The notes under the pieces: generated by a model
The model's database searches: none
Told to the model about the DNA's origin: nothing
What the model saw: only the letters and a program-made list of their open reading frames with translations
Shown: positions 55,801 to 64,000 of the stretch, piece after piece
How positions within the stretch are numbered: the stretch's first letter is position 1
Layout: each line of letters starts with the position of its first letter
Position numbers and translations under genes: made by a program
Origin: Eledone cirrhosa
Taxonomy: Eukaryota
DNA length: 64,000 nt
Assembly: GCA_964016885.1 (NCBI GenBank)
Contig: OZ024743.1
Span: 76,942,001-77,006,000 of the forward strand
Direction: 5' to 3'

Positions 55801-57120
55801 GAGAAAGTGTGATAGAGAGAAAGTGCAATGGAGAGAGATGGAGAGAAAGTGTGATGGAGAGAGAGATGGAGAGAAAGTGTGATAGAGAGTGAGATGAAGA
55901 GAAAGTGTGATAGAGAAAAAGTGAGATGGAGAGAGAGATGGAGAGAAAGTATGATGGAGAGAAAGTGTGATAGAGAGAAAGTGAGATGGAGAGAGAGATG
56001 GAGAGAAAGTGTGATGGAGAGAAATTGTGATGGAGAGAGAGATGGAGAGAAAGTGTGATTGAGAGAAAGTGTGATGGAGTGAAAGTGTGATGGGGAGAAA
56101 GTGTGATGGAGAGAAAGTGTGATGGGGAGAAAGTGTGATGGAGAGAAAGTGAGATGGAGAGAAAGTGTGATGGAGAGAAAGTGAGATGGAGAGAAAGTGT
56201 GATGGAGAGAAAGTGTGATGGGGAGAAAGTGTGATGGAGAGAAAGAGAGATGGGGAGAAAGTGTGATGGAGAGAAAGTGTGATGGAGAGAAAGTGAGATG
56301 GAGAGAAAGTGTGATAGAGAGAAAGTGAGATGGAGAGAGAGATGGAGAGAAATGTGATGGAGAGAGAGATGGAGATAAAGTGTGATGGAGAGAAAGTGTG
56401 ATAGAGAAAGTGAGATGGAGAGAGAGATTGAGAGAAAGTGTGATGGAGAGAAAGTGTGATAGAGAGAAAGTGTGATAGAGAGAAAGTGTGATGGAGAAAA
56501 AGTGTGATGGAGAGAAAGTATGATGGAGAGAGTGATGGAGAGAAAGTGTGATGGAGAGAAAGTGTGACGGAGAGAAAGAGAGATGGAGAGAAAGAGAGAT
56601 GGAGAGAAAGTGTGATGGAGAGAAAGTGTGATGGAGAGAAAGTGTGACGGATAGGGAGATGGAGATAAAGTGTGATAGAGAGAAAGTGAGATGGAGAGAG
56701 AGATTGAGAGAAATGTGATGGAGAGAGAGATGGAGATAAAGTGTGATGGAGAGAAAGTGTGATAGAGAGAAAGTGAGATGGAGAGAGAGATGGAGAGAAA
56801 TGTGATGGAGAGAGAGATGGAGATAAAGTGTGATGGAGAGAAAGTGTGATAGAGAGAAAGTATGATGGAGAGAAAGTGAGATGGAGAGAGAGATGGAGAG
56901 AAAGTGTGATGGAGAGAAAGTGAGATGGAGAGAAAGTGTGATGGAGAGAAAGTGTGATGGAGAGAGAGATGGAGAGAGAGTAAGATGGAGAGAGAGATGG
57001 AGAGAAGGTGATAGAGAGAAAGTGAGATGGAGAGAGAGATGGAGAGAAAGTGTGATAGAGAGAGAGATGGAGAGAAACTGTGATGGAGAGAGAGAGATGG
57101 AGAGAAAGTGTGATGGGGAG
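52820..57120. repeat. ~16-bp purine-rich minisatellite (~4.3 kb)
   Basis: ggagagaaagtgtgat and ggagagagagat units. Confidence 0.95.
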
Positions 57121-57159
57121 AAAGGAAGAACCAACCCCTGTATTAGTCTGGTACTTTTT

Positions 57160-59117
57160 GTCACGACAAAAAGTACCCAGTCCACACTGTTAAGTGGTTG
57201 TGTAGGTGACACAACAAAAAGTACCCACTCCACACTGTAAAGTGGTTGTGTAGGTGACATGACAAAAAGTACCCAGTCCACACTGTAAAGTGGACATGTA
57301 GGTGATATGACAAAAAGTAGCCTGTCCACACTGTAAAGTGGACGTGTAGGTGACACAATAAAAAGTACCCAGTCCACACTGTAAACTGGTTGTGTAGGTG
57401 ACATGACAAAAAGTACCCAGTCCACACTATAAAGTGGACGTGTAGGTGACATGACAAAAAGTAGCCTGTCCACACTGTAAAGTGGACGTGTAGGTGACAC
57501 AATAAAAAGTACCCAGTCCACACTGTAAACTGGTTGTGTAGGTGACACAACAAAAAGTACCCACTCCACACTGTAAAGTGGTTGTGTAGGTGACATGACA
57601 AAAAGTACCCACTCCACACTGTAAAGTGGTTCTGTAGGTGACATGACAAAAAGTACCCAGTCCACACTGTAAAGTGGTTCTGTAGGTGACACAACAAAAG
57701 TACCCACTCCACACTGTAAAGTGGTTCTGTAGGTGACACGACAAAAAGTACCCAGTCCACACTGTAAAGTGGTTGTGTAGGTGACACAACAAAAAGTACC
57801 CAGTCCACACTGTAAAGTGGTTGTGTAGGTGACACAACAAAAGTACCCACTCCACACTGTAAAGTGGTTCTGTAGGTGACACAACAAGAGTACCCACTCC
57901 ACACTGTAAAGTGGTTGTGTAGGTGACACAACAAAAAGTACCCAGTCCACACTGTAAAGTGGTTGTGTAGGTGACACAACAAAAAGTACCCAGTCCACAC
58001 TGTAAAGTGGTTCTGTAGGTGACACGACAAAAAGTACCTAGTCCACACTGTATGTTGGATGTGTAGGTGACATGACAAAAAGTAGCCTGTCCACACTGTA
58101 AAGTGGTTGTGTAGGTGACATGACAAAAAGTAGCCTGTCCACACTGTAAAGTGGACGTGTAGGTGACACAATAAAAAGTACCCAGTCCACACTGTAAACT
58201 GGTTGTGTAGGTGACATGACAAAAAGTACCCAGTCCACACTGTAAAGTGGACGTGTAGGTGACATGACAAAAAGTACCCTGTCCACACTGTAAAGTGGAC
58301 ATGTAGGTGACACAATAAAAAGTACCCAGTCCACACTGTAAACTGGTTGTGTAGGTGACACAACAAAAAGTACCCACTCCACACTGTAAAGTGGTTGTGT
58401 AGGTGAAACGACAAAATGTACCCACTCCACACTGTAAAGTGGTTCTGTAGGTGACATGACAAAAAGTACCCAGTCCACACTGTAAAGTGGTTGTGTAGGT
58501 GACACAACAAAAAGTACCCACTCCACACTGTAAAGTGGTTCTGTAGGTGACACGACAAAAAGTACCCAGTCCACACTGTAAAGTGGTTGTGTAGGTGACA
58601 CAGCAAAAAGTACCCAGTCCACACTGTAAAGTGGTTGTGTAGGTGACACAACAAAAGTACCCACACCACACTGTAAAGTGGTTTGTAGGTGACACAACAA
58701 AAGTACCCAGTCCACACTGTAAAGTGGTTGTGTAGGTGACACAACAAAAAGTACCCAGTCCACACTGTAAAGTGGTTGTGTAGGTGAACCAACAATAAAA
58801 AGTACCCAGTCCACACTGTAAAGTGGTTGTGTAGGTGAACCAACAACAAAAAGTACCCAGTCCTCACTGTAAAGTGGTTGTGTAGGTGAACCAACAACAA
58901 AAAGTACCCAGTCCACACTGTAAAGTGGTTGTGTAGGTGAACCAACAACAAAAAGTACCCAGTCCACACTGTAAAGTGGTTCTGTAGGTGACACGACAAA
59001 AAGTACCCAGTCCACACTGTAAAGTGGACGTGTAGGTGACATGACAAAAAGTACCCACTCCACACTGTAAAGTGGACGTGTAGGTGACATGACAAAAAGT
59101 ACCCAGTCCACACTGTA
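57160..59117. repeat. 48-bp minisatellite (~40 copies)
   Basis: gacacaacaaaaagtacccagtccacactgtaaagtggttgtgtaggt; 16-aa periodic ORFs. Confidence 0.95.
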
Positions 59118-59277
59118 AGTCCTAACACCCTACCCCGCACCCACATCCCTAAATCTACCTCTCCATCCCCACACACCTCCCACACCGAAGTGGGGAGGAA
59201 TAAGAATGAGGGTGGGAATCTGAAAAAGTAGGGGGATGGAGGACAATTATTTGAGACCTGAGAGTAATTCTTGTTAT

Positions 59278-60023
59278 TTAACCCTTTAGCATTTACATTA
59301 CTATTATAGTTACTACTATAGTTACTACTATAGTTACTACTATAGTTACTACTATATTTACTACTATATTTACTACTATAGTTACTACTATAGTTACTAT
59401 TATAGTTACTATTATAGTTACTACTATAGTTACTACTATAGTTACTACTATAGTTACTACTATAGTTACTACTATAGTTACTACTATAGTTACTACTATA
59501 GTTACTATTATAGTTACTACTATAGTTACTACTATATTTACTACTATAGTTATTATTATAGTTACTACTATATTTACTATTATAGTTACTATTATAGTTA
59601 CTACTACTATAGTTACTACTATAGTTACTACTATAGTTACTACTATAGTTACTATTATAGTTACTACTATAGTTACTATTATAGTTACTACTATAGTTAC
59701 TACTATAGTTACTATTATAGTTACTATTATAGTTACTACTATAGTTACTATTATAGTTACTACTATATTTACTACTATAGTTACTATTATAGTTACTACT
59801 ATAGTTACTATTATAGTTACTATTATAGTTACTATTATAGTTATCATAGTTACTATCATAGTTACTATTATATTTTCATGGTAAAGGCTTTACTTCACAT
59901 AATATCAAATCTATTGAGAACAATACCTTAACATCAGTATGAGCAGCCGGTTACAGCCGGTTTGAATAGGAAGAGGTGAGAGAATTCTGGCCGGATATGG
60001 TCAGTTTAATGCTAGATGGTTAA
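59278..60023 (+). mobile_element. piggyBac-type MITE family A inflated by an internal 12-bp repeat (59295-59870)
   Basis: same ends and body as 30140-30367; ttactactatag array inside. Confidence 0.75.
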
Positions 60024-60157
60024 AAGAAATGAATGTAACACAGTTCAGATGTTCACTACTTCGATATCTATAAACAAAATATATTCCGTGAATGTTCAGG
60101 GTACATATTCATCATCATCATCATCATCAGTATAAGGAAACAAAACAAATGACTTAC

Positions 60158-60269
60158 TAATGGTACATGTAAGTAATCCAGTGTCATCTTGTGTTAAAGC
60201 TCGGTATCCAATATGTTGACATGTAGCCCAACAAAGAACTTCCAGTTCTTTTAGGAGTACAAGTGGTTG
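60158..60269 (-). CDS. ATXN10: ataxin-10 internal exon (112 nt)
   Basis: ttcctttcag|QPLVLLKELEVLCWATCQHIGYRALTQDDTGLLTCTI+a|gtaagt; phase 1 joins the aa of the next exon; resembles the vertebrate segment IRLLDVLCEMT..LQVFPGLLERVI (recalled). Confidence 0.78.
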
Positions 60270-61072
60270 CTGAAAGGAACAATTATGACAGGCATAGACT
60301 TCGTGGCAGAAAACAAATGACACCTCTTCCTATGGGGAAAAACAAAAAGGAACCACAAAGTAAGTCTACAGTTTCTGTAAAACAATCCTTTACAAAGCCA
60401 GAAAGCTGAAGAATATCTTCAAGCTGCCAAATAGCTGCTGCCAAACAGTGAAATAAAAGAACTGCTGCAATGCTATAAGAAAGCTGCACTGTTATAACAG
60501 CAATAACGCTTTGATTGTTTGTTTTGGATGATTTTACACTAAACATAAGACCCTGTATTTTTAGGGAAGGTGAGAAGAGGGGGGGAATGGGTTGTTGTGG
60601 CGTTTATGACTATTGAAACTTATCTTGCTTTTTTATGCGCATCAAGTTTTCACATTTCCTATACATTTAATTAAACAAAATTATATTTCTATCAGTTTAA
60701 TGCTACGTCAGTTCAGTAATTATTCTTAACCCTTTCATCACATTTCTAATGAAATTCTCTATTTTAATTAATTAATGAAGAACTTTGAGGCATTTACTAA
60801 AATTATTAATCATTTCATTACTAAGACAAACTTAATGTAAGGTTCTTATATAAAATTATGTTGGAAGATTTTAATTTTAATTGGAAACCTTTAAAATGGG
60901 TGATTTTATTTCATAGAACCAGAGCTGGCTTTGGCCAGGTTGGTAACTAAAGGGTTGATCATTATCTTCTTAAAAGTAGGGAACTACATCCTTTTGCTAA
61001 CCTTAAAGATTTAGACAATAGGAAAAAAAACTTTCCTGAAAAGAGATATCTAAAGTTGGAAATACTATAGAA

Positions 61073-62408
61073 CTTGGATGTTTAACACTACCTTAGGGTC
61101 CTTGGATGGTAGGGCAAACATAATGCCTGGTTTAACACTACCACTGGGTCCTTGGATGGTAGGCCAAACATAATGCCTGGTTTAACACTACCACTGGGTC
61201 CTTGGATGGTAGGCCAAACATAATGCCTGGTTTAACACTACCACTGGGTCCTTGGATGGTAGGTTAAACATAATGCCTGGTTTAACACTACCACTGGGTC
61301 CTTGGATGGTAGGCCAAACATAATGCCTGGTTTAACACTACCTTAGGGTCCTTGGATGGTAGGTCAAACATAATGCCTGGTTTAACACTACCACTGGGTC
61401 CTTGGATGGTAGGTCAAACATAATGCCTGGTTTAACACTACCACTGGGTCCTTGGATGGTAGGTCAAACATAATGCCTGGTTTAACACTACCTTAGGGTC
61501 CTTGGATGGTAGGTCAAACATAATGCCTGGTTTAACACTACCACTGGGTCCTTGGATGGTAGGTCAAACATAATGCCTGGTTTAACACTACCTTAGGGTC
61601 CTTGGATGGTAGGTCAAACATAATGCCTGGTTTAACACTACCACTGGGCCCTTGGATGGTAGGTCAAACATAATGCCTGGTTTAACACTACCTTAGGGTC
61701 CTTGGATGGTAGGTCAAACATAATGCCTGGTTTAACACTACCACTGGGCCCTTGGATGGTAGGTCAAACATAATGCCTGGTTTAACACTACCACTGGGCC
61801 CTTGGATGGTAGGTCAAACATAATGCCTGGTTTAACACTACCACTGGGCCCTTGGATGGTAGGTCAAACATAATGCCTGGTTTAACACTACCACTGGGCC
61901 CTTGGATGGTAGGTCAAACATAATGCCTGGTTTAACACTACCTTAGGGTCCTTGGATGGTAGGTCAAACATAATGCCTGGTTTAACACTACCACTGGGCC
62001 CTTGGATGGTAGGTCAAACATAATGCCTGGTTTAACACTACCACTGGGCCCTTGGATGGTAGGTCAAACATAATGCCTGGTTTAACACTACCACTGGGTC
62101 CTTGGATGGTAGGTCAAACATAATGCCTGGTTTAACACTACCACTGGGCCCTTGGATGGTAGGTCAAACATAATGCCTGGTTTAACACTACCTTAGGGTC
62201 CTTGGATGGTAGGTCAAACATAATGCCTGGTTTAACACTACCACTGGGCCCTTGGATGGTAGGTCAAACATAATGCCTGGTTTAACACTACCACTGGGCC
62301 CTTGGATGGTAGGTCAAACATAATGCCTGGTTTAACACTACCACTGGGTCCTTGGATGGTAGGTCAAACATAATGCCTGGTTTAACACTACCACAGGGTT
62401 CTTGGATG
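61073..62408. repeat. 50-bp tandem repeat (~26.5 copies)
   Basis: tttaacactacc(act/tta)ggg(t/c)ccttggatggtaggtcaaacataatgcctgg. Confidence 0.95.
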
Positions 62409-62861
62409 CCTTTTACAGAGTTCATTCAGACCAGATCTCCTAGTTCTATCTCAACCAACAGTTCTCCTACAAACACTCCAGATATAAACTGGTTACCTCT
62501 TTAGTCTGAGAGTCTCTAAAAGTTACAGCATTACTCCTCCTTCTCTGTCTAACTTATAATTAAATAAATAAGAAGCTTCAATAATTAATAGATCAGAACT
62601 TTTGTTCACTTCCAGCTTATAAACCAGAGTTGTGTGAAATTAAGCTCAGCTATAATCTGTGATTCTATCTATTTTTTGTATGTACAGAGATGCATTTATC
62701 CTCCACATAACCTCATCCCTATCATCTTTTAATCTCACCCAAAAGAAAGATATACCTCTCTTAGCTTGTTACTCTTAACTGGGAAGGGTTAACTAAAAGT
62801 ATGTTTGTATTTCTAGCAGACCTATATATCCAGACTTTAACCTCCTGAAATCATTTTTAGA

Positions 62862-63245
62862 TGACAAAAAGCACCCAGTCCACACTGTAAAGTGGTCATG
62901 TAGGTGTCACGACAAAAAGCACCCAGTCCACACTGTAAAGTGGTTGTGTAGGTGCCACGACAAAAACCACCCAGTCCACACTGTAAAGTGGTCGCTTAGG
63001 TGTCACAACAAAAAGTACCCAGCCCACATTGTAAGTGGTTATGTAAGTGTCAGAACAAAAAGCTCCCAACCCACACTGTAAAGTGGTTGTGCAGGTGTCA
63101 CAGCAAAACGCTCTAAGCCCACACTGTAAAGTGGTTGTGTAGCTGTTACGAAAAAAAGCACCCAGCCCACACTGTTTGGCAAGATTTCTACAACTGGATG
63201 CCCTTCCTATCACCAACCTCTTTACAGTGTGTACTGGGTGTATTT
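62862..63245. repeat. diverged 48-bp array abutting an inverted SINE-like segment
   Basis: ~6.5 degenerate units, then tttctacaactggatgcccttccta..tttacagtgtgtactgggtg. Confidence 0.7.
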
Positions 63246-63649
63246 ATTGTGTAGATCACTAACACTAGAGAGGCTGTCATGTCCATGACTGAAGGGTCCT
63301 CCCAACAGTTTGTCTGGCAAGCTTTCTACAGCTGCCCTTTCTATCAACACAAGTATATTTTGTATATAATCTAATTAATTAATTTAGAATCATGAAAGTC
63401 TAAAACTATTTTTTATTAAATCAAAAGGAAACTTTATCAAAATACAGAACTGGATTTGCACCGGAAAATAAGCAAGCAAGCAAGCTAGATTAAGATAGGG
63501 AATGCTATATTTAAACATAAAAATATGTGAGGCAATATAAAGAAAGTAGAAATTCAAAATCAAAATATTAAAAGAAACAACATGCAATTTCAATGGTACT
63601 CTAAAACATGTAGTATTCATTGATAATCTTTGATAATATTTTGATTATG

Positions 63650-64000
63650 TAATAAACTATATAATAGTATTGAAGATATGGTAGTGGTGTGTTATAACCT
63701 ATAATACTATTGAAGATATCATAGTTATAAGTTATAAACTTTAACAGAAGATATCATAGTTATATGTTATAACCTATAACAGTATTGAAGATATAAAGAT
63801 ATGTCATAACCTATAACAGTATTGAAGATATATTAGTGATATGTTATAACCTATAACAGTATTGAAGATATGATAGTGGTATGTTATATACTATAACAGT
63901 ATTGAAGATATATTGATATGTTATAACCTATAACAGTATTGAAGATATGATAGTGGTATGTTATATACTATAACAGTATTGAAGATATATTGATATGTTA
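63650..64000. repeat. 35-40-bp minisatellite running off the window end
   Basis: ataacctataacagtattgaagatat.. units. Confidence 0.85.

Noticed and set aside
52765-59185. Long repetitive ORFs (387-743 aa)
   Set aside because: Open frames through 16-bp and 48-bp minisatellites inside an intron; no domain or splice support
60283-60546. 87-aa ORF just upstream of the ATXN10 exon
   Set aside because: No ataxin-10 similarity recognised and no convincing splice sites; I could not locate further upstream exons in this window
61073-62408. CRISPR-like appearance of the 50-bp array (also the 79-bp and 48-bp arrays)
   Set aside because: Units are head-to-tail with no unique spacers, there are no cas genes, and the context is eukaryotic

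Overview
Eukaryotic, AT- and microsatellite-rich animal DNA. The SINE families suggest an octopus or related cephalopod (inference). The only host gene I can support is ataxin-10 (ATXN10) on the minus strand. Four coding exons (60158-60269, 34405-34580, 32618-32681, 31709-31815) splice in frame. They are separated by a ~25.6 kb intron, a ~1.7 kb intron and an 802-nt U12-type (minor spliceosome) intron with a GTATCCTTT donor and a TTCCTTAAC branch site. The rest is repeats: tRNA-derived SINEs, a deleted mariner with extended TIRs, piggyBac-type (TTAA) MITEs, RTE-like LINE fragments, a ~4.1 kb L1/Tx1-type LINE inside a minisatellite, and many tandem arrays. The most striking hidden structure is a set of short non-coding modules sitting in (TA)n tracts (2.9-15 kb, also ~48.9-49.8 kb). 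They carry minimal hammerhead ribozyme cores and often fold back as long palindromes. They lie next to a Penelope-like element remnant (GIY-YIG endonuclease, inverted pseudo-LTRs). One is a near-perfect 442-bp-arm palindrome of a 466-nt partial-tandem unit that looks like a retrozyme or non-autonomous Penelope derivative. Nearly all long ORFs in the supplied track are translations of low-complexity repeats.
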